DNA of 41,466 bases from Acidobacteriota bacterium (GTDB lineage: Bacteria > Acidobacteriota > Polarisedimenticolia > Gp22-AA2), in the NCBI GenBank assembly GCA_003223145.1, contig QHXY01000039.1, positions 1 to 41,466 on the forward strand, in the 5' to 3' direction. A model generated the notes under the pieces. The model was not told the DNA's origin. It did not search any database and saw nothing but the letters and a program-made list of their open reading frames with translations. Below, in pieces: positions 16,370 through 25,066 of the stretch. The stretch's first letter is position 1. The number at the start of each line of letters is the position of its first letter. The position numbers and the translations under genes are program-made.

Positions 16370-17452
16370 CTAGGCCCCGACGGGATCGGGCGCCTTGCGG
16401 ACCCGCCTGACCCGCTTCACCACGGAGCGTCCGAGCAGAAACACGAGCCCGAGCGCCACGAGCGCCACGATCGCGACCACCCAGACCTTCGAGAGCGCCT
16501 CCGCGAGCCTCTGTTTCGCCGGCAGCCACCGGGACAGCGCATACCCCGTCTCCGCCGGTGACCTGTTCGCCTGCGCCTTGACCAGAGCCAGAGCGTAGAG
16601 CTGGGCGCTCTGCTTCGGCGAGCGGACCAGCATCTGATCGGCGGCTCTCTCCAGCGCCACGGCTGCCAGTGGCGACCCGGGGCTGAGCGACACGTACTTC
16701 GTGAAGTATTCGGTTGATTCCGGCCCGCGCCCCAGTTCCGCCAGGACCAGGCCCATCTCGAAATGCGCCTCCGTCGCGGCCGGTCTGCCCGGAAAGCGAT
16801 CGATGAGTTTCTTGTAGATCGCCGCCGCCTCTTCCAGCTTGGCGCGATTGCGGTTGCCGGAGCCCAGGTCGTGCGTGGCGATGGCCAGCTCGTACAGAGC
16901 ATTCGGAAGCAGAGCGTGGTCCGGGAAGTCCTTCTCGAAATCCTTCAGGACCTCGATCACTTCGCCCTGGCGGCCGCGCAGGCGCAGCGCGTGCGCCAGC
17001 TGGAATTTCAGGGGGGGCAGGATGTCCGGCGTCGGGCTCTTGCCGAGCGCCTTGCGGAACAGATCGATTGTCCTATCGAAGTCGCGGGCATGCTGTGCGG
17101 CCAAGCCCGCCTGATACAGGAGGTTGGAGGCGCGCGGGTCGTCCGGAAAGCGCGTGACGGCCTCTTCCAGCAGGCCGACCGCTTGCAGCGGCTCGTCCAT
17201 CAGCAGCTTCGCCCTGGCCTCTCCCTGCAACGCCGACACGATCTCGGCCGGGATGGGGCAGAGCGTGCGCGCCTCCTGGAACTGGATGGCCGCCTCGGCC
17301 CCCTTCCCCTGCGCCAGCAGGCTGTCCCCGCGCACCAGGTGGTCCGAAACCGTGCCGCCGAACCCCTGCGCCAGCGCCGCCGAGATCGGCCAGACCGCTG
17401 CCAGGGCGAGGATCGCCGGGACACGTCCGCCACGAAAGGCCCCGCGAATCAT
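16370..17452 (-). CDS. TPR-repeat protein with a signal peptide and a C-terminal TM anchor
   Basis: Has an N-terminal signal (AILALAAVWPISAALAQG), several TPR-like repeats, and a C-terminal VWVVAIVALVALGLVFLLG. Confidence 0.8.
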   Translation of the reverse strand: MIRGAFRGGRVPAILALAAVWPISAALAQGFGGTVSDHLVRGDSLLAQGKGAEAAIQFQEARTLCPIPAEIVSALQGEARAKLLMDEPLQAVGLLEEAVTRFPDDPRASNLLYQAGLAAQHARDFDRTIDLFRKALGKSPTPDILPPLKFQLAHALRLRGRQGEVIEVLKDFEKDFPDHALLPNALYELAIATHDLGSGNRNRAKLEEAAAIYKKLIDRFPGRPAATEAHFEMGLVLAELGRGPESTEYFTKYVSLSPGSPLAAVALERAADQMLVRSPKQSAQLYALALVKAQANRSPAETGYALSRWLPAKQRLAEALSKVWVVAIVALVALGLVFLLGRSVVKRVRRVRKAPDPVGA

Positions 17453-17460
17453 GGGGCGGT

Positions 17461-17466
17461 ATTGTA
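17461..17466 (-). promoter_or_regulatory. TACAAT -10 box 8 nt upstream of the TPR gene ATG (possible leaderless transcript)
   Basis: The minus strand reads CCTACAATACCGCCCCATG. Confidence 0.3.
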
Positions 17467-17589
17467 GGCGATTTCCGACTTGAACGAGAATGACCGGGGG
17501 TCACCAACATCGCGAACGTCCTCTCGAACCTCGACGAGCCTCTCGGGCGCCCCGGCGCGCTTTCCACGCGCATCGCGCGGCGAAGCGCG

Positions 17590-19065
17590 GTGCGGCTGGC
17601 GCGGGTGCGCGGGGTCCTGGGCGCTGCCGCGCTGGCGCCGGCGGAAGGTCTGTTGAGCGCCCTGCCGGAGACTCTCGCCGCGCTGTCGCCCGAGATTCGC
17701 GACCGGGCCCTGCGTGGGCCCGATCTCAGGGGCTTTCTCTCGGAGGTGGAGACCTGGCTGGCAATCCGCAGGGTGGCGTCGGAGATCCTCGCGATCGGCT
17801 CGCGCCCGCGCCGAGGGGCCCGCCGCCGGCGGGCGCTGGCGCGGCTGTTCGATCGCCTCGCCCGCACCGGGCATCTGGCGGCGCTCGTGCCCGGCGGCCG
17901 GATCGACGCCGGTCTTCCGGAGCGCTGCCTTGGCTTCGCGCGCCGGCGGCTCGATGACGCCGTGGCCGATCTCTCGGCTTTCCTGCTGGGCCTCCGCCTG
18001 GCCTACACGGTTGCCGGCACGGTCGAGGTGCGGCTCCGCTTCCGCGAGGATCCGGAGCAGGGACGGCCGGCTGGCCGCATCGATCTCGGCAGCTTTGCCG
18101 GACCGGCGGGCGCCCTGGCGATCGCCGTCGGCCGGGGAAGGGTTCGCGTGCCGCGCTCCGCACGGCGCGGTCGGCCGGCCGGGCCGCGTGTGCGAGCCGT
18201 GGTTCGCGGCCGCACGCTCTTCCTGCACACGCCCGGGGCGGTGAGCACGGTCATCCCGGCCGCGGGCTCGCACCTCCTGATGCCCGGGCCGGGAGGCGAG
18301 TCTCGGCGGAGGACCCGGCGGCCCGGGACCGGCGGCGCCGGGCGCCCGTCCGGCGGCCCTCTGCGGCTGGTCCGGAGGGGGCTGGTCCCCGGCACGTCGA
18401 TCGTGCTCGCCCCCGTAGTCGATTCACGGCCGCGCCGCATGCGCGTCACCCGGGAAGCGCCCGGCCACGGCACGCGACTGGCGCGGGCCATGCGCATCCT
18501 GCTGGTCGCCTGGCCGGAGGCGCATCGGGAGGTCCTCCGGCGCACCTTCATGATCGTGCCGGTGCACGAGCCCGGCACCGTCAGCTGGTCGCTGGCCTCC
18601 CGGCCCGGGGTCTCCTTCATCAACATGTCCGGCAAGTCGATCGTCGACCTCGCGGACGACCTGCTCCACGAGACGGCCCATCACCGCCTGCATGACCTGC
18701 AAGAGGTGACGAAGCTCCTGGTCGATGGTCCGGAGACCGCCGAGGTGCAGGCCTTCGATTCCCCCTGGCGCGGCACGCGCCGGCCGCTGCACGGTCTCCT
18801 GCACGGGGCCTACACCTTCCTGTTCCGCGCCGAGCTGCTCCACAAAATCCTGACGGCTGCGCGCCGGCAGCCGCGCCTGCTCGCGGACGCGCTCGGAAGC
18901 TCCGGGCGTCGTGTCCTCCGACGAGAGCTGCGGCGTGAGAGGGGGATGATCGCTTCCGCCCTGCGCGATCTCGAGGGCGCCGCCCGTTCCGGGCTGCTGG
19001 CCCCGGCGGGAGCGAGACTTCTCCGCTCGATGCGCGCCCGGGATCACCGGCTGCGGAACTCATGA
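17590..19065 (+). CDS. HExxH-motif domain protein (putative peptide-modifying, aKG-HExxH beta-hydroxylase-like)
   Basis: The C-terminal half has DLADDLLHETAHHRLHDL ... FDSPWRGTRRPLHGLLHGAYTFLFRAEL, the pattern I associate with the HEXXH-motif domain family. The N-terminal half is very Arg-rich. GTG start. Confidence 0.65.
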   Translation: MRLARVRGVLGAAALAPAEGLLSALPETLAALSPEIRDRALRGPDLRGFLSEVETWLAIRRVASEILAIGSRPRRGARRRRALARLFDRLARTGHLAALVPGGRIDAGLPERCLGFARRRLDDAVADLSAFLLGLRLAYTVAGTVEVRLRFREDPEQGRPAGRIDLGSFAGPAGALAIAVGRGRVRVPRSARRGRPAGPRVRAVVRGRTLFLHTPGAVSTVIPAAGSHLLMPGPGGESRRRTRRPGTGGAGRPSGGPLRLVRRGLVPGTSIVLAPVVDSRPRRMRVTREAPGHGTRLARAMRILLVAWPEAHREVLRRTFMIVPVHEPGTVSWSLASRPGVSFINMSGKSIVDLADDLLHETAHHRLHDLQEVTKLLVDGPETAEVQAFDSPWRGTRRPLHGLLHGAYTFLFRAELLHKILTAARRQPRLLADALGSSGRRVLRRELRRERGMIASALRDLEGAARSGLLAPAGARLLRSMRARDHRLRNS

Positions 19066-19098
19066 GCTCCAGGCCGGACCAGGCGCGCACGTCCTGTT

Positions 19099-20728
19099 TC
19101 AGGGATTTCGGGGGGGCTCTGTGATCGTGTGGGTCCGGCCGGACTCCAGACCGCTGAGCGTCTGCGTGAGGCCGTCCGGCCAGGTGATCTGGACGTCGGC
19201 GGCCGGATGACGGCCGTCCTTGGCCGGCCCCAGGCCGAAGGTGAGGACCATCTCGCTCTGCGAGGCATACGAGGCGGCGGAGCGGACCTCGCGCGACGCG
19301 ACGATGTCACCGGCACGCACGCGGACCAGGGCGCCCGCCGCGTCGCGGCTCGACTTGCCTCCGATGAGGCGGAGCCGCAGCCAGCCGTCGCCGTCGCCGT
19401 CGATGTCGGCGTAGGCGGCGCCGCGCCCGACGATCGGGCGCTGCAGATCCGGTCCCGCCTCGGCCCCGACCTGTTCGAAGCGGCCGCCGCCGATGCCCCG
19501 GAACAGGTGGGGGGGTTCGGCGTAGGTCACCGAGGGCTGCACGCGATTGATGTTGTTTTCGACGTGGCCGTTCGCCACGAAAATATCCGGAAGGCCGTCG
19601 AGATCGAAATCGAAGAAGAAGCAGCCGAAAGCCAGCGTCAGGAGGCTCGGCTGGCCGATCCCGGCCGTGGCCGCGTCGTCGATGAACAGACCCCGCCCCT
19701 CGTTGTGGTACAGAGCGAGCATCTCGTTGGAGAAGTTGCCAATGACCAGGCTCTCGCGGCCCGAGCCGTCGTAATCGGCCGCGTCGATCCCCATCGCCCC
19801 GCGCGCCTTTCCCTCCTCGCTGAAGGCGACACCGGCGCTCCTGCCGACCTCCTCGAACGTGCCGTCGTGCCTGTTGTGGTACAGGAAGTTCGGCTGTGTG
19901 TCGTTGGCGACCGCGAGATCGGTCCAGCCGTCGCCGTCGTAGTCCAGAGCGACCACGCCGAGCGACTTGCCGGTCGGGTCGTACACGCGGGCGGCGCGCG
20001 TCACGTCCTCGAACGTGCCGTCGCCGCGGTTGCGGTACAGCGCCTGGGTCGCCTTCTTCCGCCGCTTCTCGGGCCACTCAGTTGCACACGAACAGGTCCA
20101 GCCGCCCGTCGCGATCGTAGTCGATCCAGGTGGCGCTCGAGCCGAACGCGGGGTCCGACACGCCCGCCTTCTGCGTCACGTCCGCGAACGTGCCGTCGCC
20201 CCGGTTGTGGAACAACCGGTCCGGGCCAAGGCCGTTGATGAACAGGTCGGTGTGCCCGTCGTTGTCATAATCGGCCGCGGCCACGCCGATGCCATACATC
20301 TCGACGGCCAGACCGGCCTTTGCCGTCACGTCCTCGAACGTGCCGTCGCCGCGGTTGCGGTACAGCGCCTGGGTCGCCTTCTTCCGCCGCTTCTCGGGCC
20401 ACTCGGCGGCGTTGACGAAGAACAGGTCCGGGTGGCCGTCCCCGTCGTAGTCGAGAAACGCCAGCCCCGAGCCCATCGTCTCGGGCAGGTACTTCTTCCC
20501 GAAGGCACCGCTGTTCTGCGTAAAGGCGATCCCGGCGGCGCTCGTGATGTCGGTGAAGACCACCGGCGTGCGCGGCGCCGGCGTGGCGGGCGGCGCCTTC
20601 ACCGGGGATTCCGTCGCCTGGCCGCATCCCGTCGCGAGGAACGCCGCGCCGGTCAGGAACAGGGAGCCCGGCAGAAGCGCGCGGCGGCCTCGTCCTCGGG
20701 TGACCGCGACTGCGGCGCGGGCGCTCAT
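19099..20728 (-). CDS. CRTAC1-family lipoprotein (FG-GAP/VCBS repeats plus ASPIC/UnbV domain), frame broken at 20078-20080
   Basis: Has a lipobox (FLATGC), repeated LYRNRGDGTFEDVT / DYDGDG blades, and a C-terminal SYASQSE...FGLG. The N-part ORF stops at TGA 20080-20078. The C-part continues in the +1 frame (…EWPEKRRKKATQALYRNRGDGTFEDVTRAARVYDPTGK…). ATGA overlap with the upstream gene. Confidence 0.8.
19999..20079. repeat. 81-bp perfect direct repeat, copy A
   Basis: cgtcacgtcctcgaacgtgccgtcgccgcggttgcggtacagcgcctgggtcgccttcttccgccgcttctcgggccactc is identical to 20324-20404. Confidence 0.95.
20324..20404. repeat. 81-bp perfect direct repeat, copy B
   Basis: Identical to 19999-20079. Both copies encode EWPEKRRKKATQALYRNRGDGTFEDVT on the minus strand. 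Confidence 0.95.
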
Positions 20729-23646
20729 CCGCCGGCCGCCCGGCCGGCGCGCGGCGCCGGCGACCCGAAGCGGTTGGCGTGCTCGTGGATCGGCTGGCGC
20801 TCCAGGTTCTGCTCCGGGTTGAGGCGGCGGTACGGGCCCGTGATCGCCTGGGCCGACTCGTCCGCCTTGAAGCGGGTGTAAAGGATCTCCTCCCGCTTCT
20901 CCTCCTTCTCCCGGCCCAGCGCGCGATAGCACAGCATCAGATTGTAGTGCGCGGTCAAATCCTCCGGATCGACGCTCAGGGTGCGCTGGAACTCGGCCAC
21001 CGCCTCCAGATAGTGGCGCTGCAGGAACAGGATGCGTCCGATCTGGTCGCGCACCACCCGGTCGCGCGGATAGCGGAAGGCGGCGGCGCGCAGATGCGCC
21101 AGGGCGTCGTCGTAGCGACCGCGCGCCTTCAGCGACAGCGCCAGAAAGTAGTGGGCGCCGGCCAGGTCGGGGTCCAGACGCAGGGCGCGTTCGAGGACCG
21201 GTCGCGCCGCCTCGTGGTCCCCCTCCTGCACCAGGACGCGCCCGACGTTGACGAGCCCGGCAGCGTACCCCGGATCGATCGCCACCACACGGTCGAACGC
21301 CCTCTTCGCCGCGACCAGGTCCCCCTGAAGCAGCATGCCGATGCCGTAGTCGTTCCAGCGCTCGCGATCGACCGGCAGGTACCGCGGCGCCGGCGCCGGG
21401 ATCTTCGCGGCCGGTCCAAGGAGCGGCAGGGTGACCCGGTCCTCCGCCACGACGACGACCGGCAAATCGGGGATCTCCTTGAGCGCGCCCGACACGCGCG
21501 ATGTGTCGCCGGTGAACGAGACGGCGCGGTCGTCGAAATCGGCCGACACGGCGCCGGGGGCGGCGGGCTCACTCACCCCGGCGAAGGAGAAACGCGTGTT
21601 GTACCAGTGAAATTTCCTGTAGTTCATGCGCGCCGTCAAGGTGATCGGCCCTCGCGCGTCCCTGGGCACCGTGACCCGGAAGCGGGCCACGTCGGCGGCG
21701 CCGGGCGGGATCAGGCGGGCGTACACCAGGGCCCTGCTGGCCCACGCGTTCCGCTTGTTGATCTCGTTCCCGTGGGCGTCGATCTGCAGCGAGCGGTAGC
21801 GGTGCGCACCCGCTTCGACCGGGCCGCGTCCGCCGTCCTCGATGAACCCGCTCCAGTAGATGATGCGCCCGCCCGCGTCCTCGGCCTTCAGCTCCAGCCA
21901 GACGTCGAACGCGTCCACCGTGCCTCCCGGAAAGAAGTGCCCGACGTTGCGCGTGCGCGCCACCACGTCGAACCGGTACGACTTTCCGGGGCGCAGGAAC
22001 GCCCCGGCGCGGTCGAGCGGGGCGATGAGGGCCGTCCGCTGAGCGGCGCGGCCGGACGCCGTCCGGGCGGGCATCCCGCCGCCCCCGACCTCCGGGAGCT
22101 CTGGGAACAACGCCGCGGCCTGCGGCTCGGCGCTGTCGCGCTCCGTCGCGGCGCCTCTTCGCGCGGCCCCATCCGGCGCGCTCCCCGCCGAGGGGGAAGC
22201 CGCCTCGCCGGCGGCGAACACGTCGACGCTTACGATGCCGGCGGTCAGGAAGTCCCGGACCGTCTGCAGCTGGACCTCGTCCCGGTTGGCGAACGGTACG
22301 GCGGTGTTGGCGGCGGGGAAGCGGTGCGAGTGCACGAAGCCATCGCGATTACCCTGATCGCGCGAGCGCACCAGCGGCATGTGGCAGTCGCCGCAGTCCT
22401 TCGCCTTCGCCGGGTAGTAGAAGGCGCGCGCCCCCTGGCCGGACACGCCGCTCCCCTGCCAGGCGTCGTACTCGTTGAAGCCGCGGAACCAGCGGTAGTG
22501 ATTGACCGGCACGTCGAGATGCACCTTGTGGCAGGCGGAGCAGAACTCGGCGCGGTTCAGTCGATGAAAGGGCTTCAGCAGGGTCGCCTTGTGCGGGCCG
22601 GGGTCGAGGCGGACCATGTAATCGTGCAGGCCGCGCAGGAGCGGGTTCTGGCTGGCCACGAGGCGGTGCATCTCCGGGTACTCGAGGACGTAGCCGCCCT
22701 GGCCCATGGTGTCCTTCACGGCGACGATCGAGTGGCAGACCAGGCAGCCGATCCCCGCCTGGGCCTGCGGCGTGTCGATCTGCTGCACGATCGGCGTGTC
22801 CATCCGTACGGTCAGGAGCACCGCCTGGTCATGGCAGCCGCCGCACCACTTGGACGGTTTCGTGCCCACCACCTCCTGCATGTACTCGATCGACTTGCGG
22901 TACCACTGGTTGTTGAACGACGAGAAATGGTGCATCGACGACGCCCATTGCGCCGTGATGTCGGGGTGGCACCCCTTGTTGCCGCACGCCTTCGATTCCA
23001 GGAAGAAATCGTGCGGCATCAGGCGGTCGCCGACGGTGGTCGCCGACGACGGGAAGAACGGGCCCCGCTCGCCGCCCCCTTCCTCGAATGGCGTCAGAGG
23101 CGGGGTGGTCGGGTTCACGATGGTCGCCGCGGGAGGCGGGAACAGCCAGGCGCGCGCCCGAACGCCGAGCGGCAGGAGCAGCGCCGCCGCGAGCACCGCC
23201 GCGACGCGCCGCGCGCCGGCCCGCCGGCCGCGTGCGGCCTGCCAGGCGATCCCGGCGAGCAGCGCCAGGAGAGCCGCGGCGACGTGGGTCACGAGGATCG
23301 GCCGGTACGGCGTGGCGGTCCCGGTGACGGCGAGCACCAGGCTCGCCGCGATCGCCACGATGGAGGCGCCAGCGACGCCGCCGAGCCAGGCGCGGGCCAC
23401 GGCGTTGCCGCTTCTCGTCCACAGGCGGCGCAGGGCCCCGCGCCCGCGGGCGATCAGCACCAGGACGAGTAGCAGACCGAGCGCGACGTGCAGCACGACC
23501 TGCACGTGGTAAAAGATGGTCGCCGAATCGACGGCGGCCAGGTAGGAGGCGTTCGCTATCAGAAAGACGAGGAGCGCGCGCACGAGCGCCGTGCTCCGGC
23601 GCGGCGACCCGCCTCGGTCGTTCCCGGTCCTGTCGTCCGCCGGCAT
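20725..23646 (-). CDS. membrane-anchored multihaem c-type cytochrome with C-terminal TPR repeats (973 aa)
   Basis: Has about five N-terminal TM helices and five haem-binding motifs (CGNKGCH = CX4CH, CGGCH, CLVCH, CSACH, CGDCH). TPR repeats occupy the last ~250 aa. AGGAA SD. Start ATG 23646 lies 11 nt after the regulator stop. Confidence 0.85.
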   Translation of the reverse strand: MPADDRTGNDRGGSPRRSTALVRALLVFLIANASYLAAVDSATIFYHVQVVLHVALGLLLVLVLIARGRGALRRLWTRSGNAVARAWLGGVAGASIVAIAASLVLAVTGTATPYRPILVTHVAAALLALLAGIAWQAARGRRAGARRVAAVLAAALLLPLGVRARAWLFPPPAATIVNPTTPPLTPFEEGGGERGPFFPSSATTVGDRLMPHDFFLESKACGNKGCHPDITAQWASSMHHFSSFNNQWYRKSIEYMQEVVGTKPSKWCGGCHDQAVLLTVRMDTPIVQQIDTPQAQAGIGCLVCHSIVAVKDTMGQGGYVLEYPEMHRLVASQNPLLRGLHDYMVRLDPGPHKATLLKPFHRLNRAEFCSACHKVHLDVPVNHYRWFRGFNEYDAWQGSGVSGQGARAFYYPAKAKDCGDCHMPLVRSRDQGNRDGFVHSHRFPAANTAVPFANRDEVQLQTVRDFLTAGIVSVDVFAAGEAASPSAGSAPDGAARRGAATERDSAEPQAAALFPELPEVGGGGMPARTASGRAAQRTALIAPLDRAGAFLRPGKSYRFDVVARTRNVGHFFPGGTVDAFDVWLELKAEDAGGRIIYWSGFIEDGGRGPVEAGAHRYRSLQIDAHGNEINKRNAWASRALVYARLIPPGAADVARFRVTVPRDARGPITLTARMNYRKFHWYNTRFSFAGVSEPAAPGAVSADFDDRAVSFTGDTSRVSGALKEIPDLPVVVVAEDRVTLPLLGPAAKIPAPAPRYLPVDRERWNDYGIGMLLQGDLVAAKRAFDRVVAIDPGYAAGLVNVGRVLVQEGDHEAARPVLERALRLDPDLAGAHYFLALSLKARGRYDDALAHLRAAAFRYPRDRVVRDQIGRILFLQRHYLEAVAEFQRTLSVDPEDLTAHYNLMLCYRALGREKEEKREEILYTRFKADESAQAITGPYRRLNPEQNLERQPIHEHANRFGSPAPRAGRAAGG

Positions 23647-23657
23647 GCGGAATTCCT

Positions 23658-25052
23658 CTATGAGCCCGTCGATTCGTCGGGGTTGATCCCGTGCTTGCGC
23701 AGATAGTACGCCAGGTTGCGCTGATCGATCCCGAGGAGACGCGCCGCCTCCTTGCGCACGCCCCGGGCGCGCCGCAGCGCCTCGATGAGTGACTCCTTCT
23801 CGCGGCGCGCCAGCGCGGTCCGGATGTTGAGATCGTCCGCCGACTCCGCGGCGGAGGGCGGGGGGACGGCCAGACCGGCGACCGGGGGCAGGTCGAGAGA
23901 TGCCAGGTCCGCCCCGGGGTTCAGGATGAGCGCCCGCTCCAGCACGTTGCGCAGCTCCCGCACGTTACCCGGCCAGGAGTAGGCCATGAGATCGGCCATG
24001 ACATCCTTGGCGATCTCCGGAGCCGGCTGCCCGAGCCGCGCCGCGATCTCCCGGACGAAACGCCCGGCCAGGAGCGGAACATCCTCCTTGCGCTCGCGCA
24101 GCGGCGGCAGCGCGATGCGCACGACGTCGAGCCGGTAGAACAGATCGTGACGGAAGCGTCTCTCGGCGACGGCGGCATCGATGTCGCTGTTGGTCGCCGC
24201 GACGATCCGGACATCGACGCGCGTCGGCTGCTCGTCACCGAGCCGATCGAACTCGCCGTCCTGGAGGACTCGCAGGATCTTCGCCTGTGCAGGCAGAGGC
24301 ATGTCGGCGATCTCGTCCATGAACAAGGTCCCCCTGTGGGCCAGGCGGAAACGACCCTCGCGGTCACCGGCAGCGCCGGTGAACGAGCCCTTCCGATGGC
24401 CGAAGAACTCGCTCTCCCACATCTCCAGGGGAATCGCCGCGCAATTGACCCGTACGTAGGGGCCCCTGGACCGCCGGCTCAGCCGGTGGATGAGACGCGC
24501 GACCAGCTCCTTCCCCGTCCCCGACTCCCCCAGGAGCAGGACGGTCGCGTCGCTGGCCGCCACGGAGCGCACGGTCTCCATCACGGCCACCCAGGACGGC
24601 GAGACCCCGACCGGTGCGTCATCGGAAGACTCCTCGCCGCGCCGCAGGTAGTCCACCTCGCGCTGCAGCGCGCGGTTGGCGAGCGCCCGGTCCAGCGCGA
24701 CTTCGAGAGCCTCGGGGTCGGCCGGTTTCAGAATGTAATCGCTCGCCCCGGCCTTGATGCAGGCGACCGCCGAGGCGATGGTGCCCTGACCGGTCAGCAC
24801 GACGACCGGCACTTGAGGATAGGCCACCTGCATCCGCTTCACCAGATCCTGCCCGTCGGCGCCCGGCAGCCTGAGATCGGTCAGGACCACGTCCACGGGC
24901 GACCGGGACAGCGACGCGATGGCGGCCGCGACGTCCTCCGCCAGGTCCACGTCGAAGCCGCGCTCGCCCAGGAGCTCTCCCAGCGAGGCGCGCACGTAGG
25001 CCTCGTCTTCCACGATCAGGACCCGCCCGCGAGCCGGCTTCTTCTCCGCCAT
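23658..25052 (-). CDS. sigma54-dependent response regulator (NtrC family bEBP)
   Basis: Has a receiver domain (VLIVEDE...VVLTDLRLPG), an AAA+ domain (LLLGESGTGKE, GSFTGA loop, RELRNVLERA), and a Fis-type HTH (AARLLGIDQRNLAYYLRKHGI). ATG 25052 is preferred over TTG 25070. Confidence 0.9.
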   Translation of the reverse strand: MAEKKPARGRVLIVEDEAYVRASLGELLGERGFDVDLAEDVAAAIASLSRSPVDVVLTDLRLPGADGQDLVKRMQVAYPQVPVVVLTGQGTIASAVACIKAGASDYILKPADPEALEVALDRALANRALQREVDYLRRGEESSDDAPVGVSPSWVAVMETVRSVAASDATVLLLGESGTGKELVARLIHRLSRRSRGPYVRVNCAAIPLEMWESEFFGHRKGSFTGAAGDREGRFRLAHRGTLFMDEIADMPLPAQAKILRVLQDGEFDRLGDEQPTRVDVRIVAATNSDIDAAVAERRFRHDLFYRLDVVRIALPPLRERKEDVPLLAGRFVREIAARLGQPAPEIAKDVMADLMAYSWPGNVRELRNVLERALILNPGADLASLDLPPVAGLAVPPPSAAESADDLNIRTALARREKESLIEALRRARGVRKEAARLLGIDQRNLAYYLRKHGINPDESTGS

Positions 25053-25066
25053 TCTGCGACTCTCTC

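Noticed and set aside
20779-23472. Very long ORFs in the supplied track lying antisense or out of frame to recognisable genes. Examples: 20779..23472 (+, 897 aa), 28875..31040 (+), 38298..39833 (-), 40077..41399 (-), 3506..4750 (-), 4818..6296 (-), 146..1477 (+), 1147..2421 (-), 10613..11440 (-), 12448..13770 (-), 14765..15877 (-).
   Set aside because: They are Arg/Gly/Pro/Ala-dominated, carry no motifs, and in each case another frame or strand holds a clear domain protein. Stop-poor shadow frames are expected at ~70% GC.
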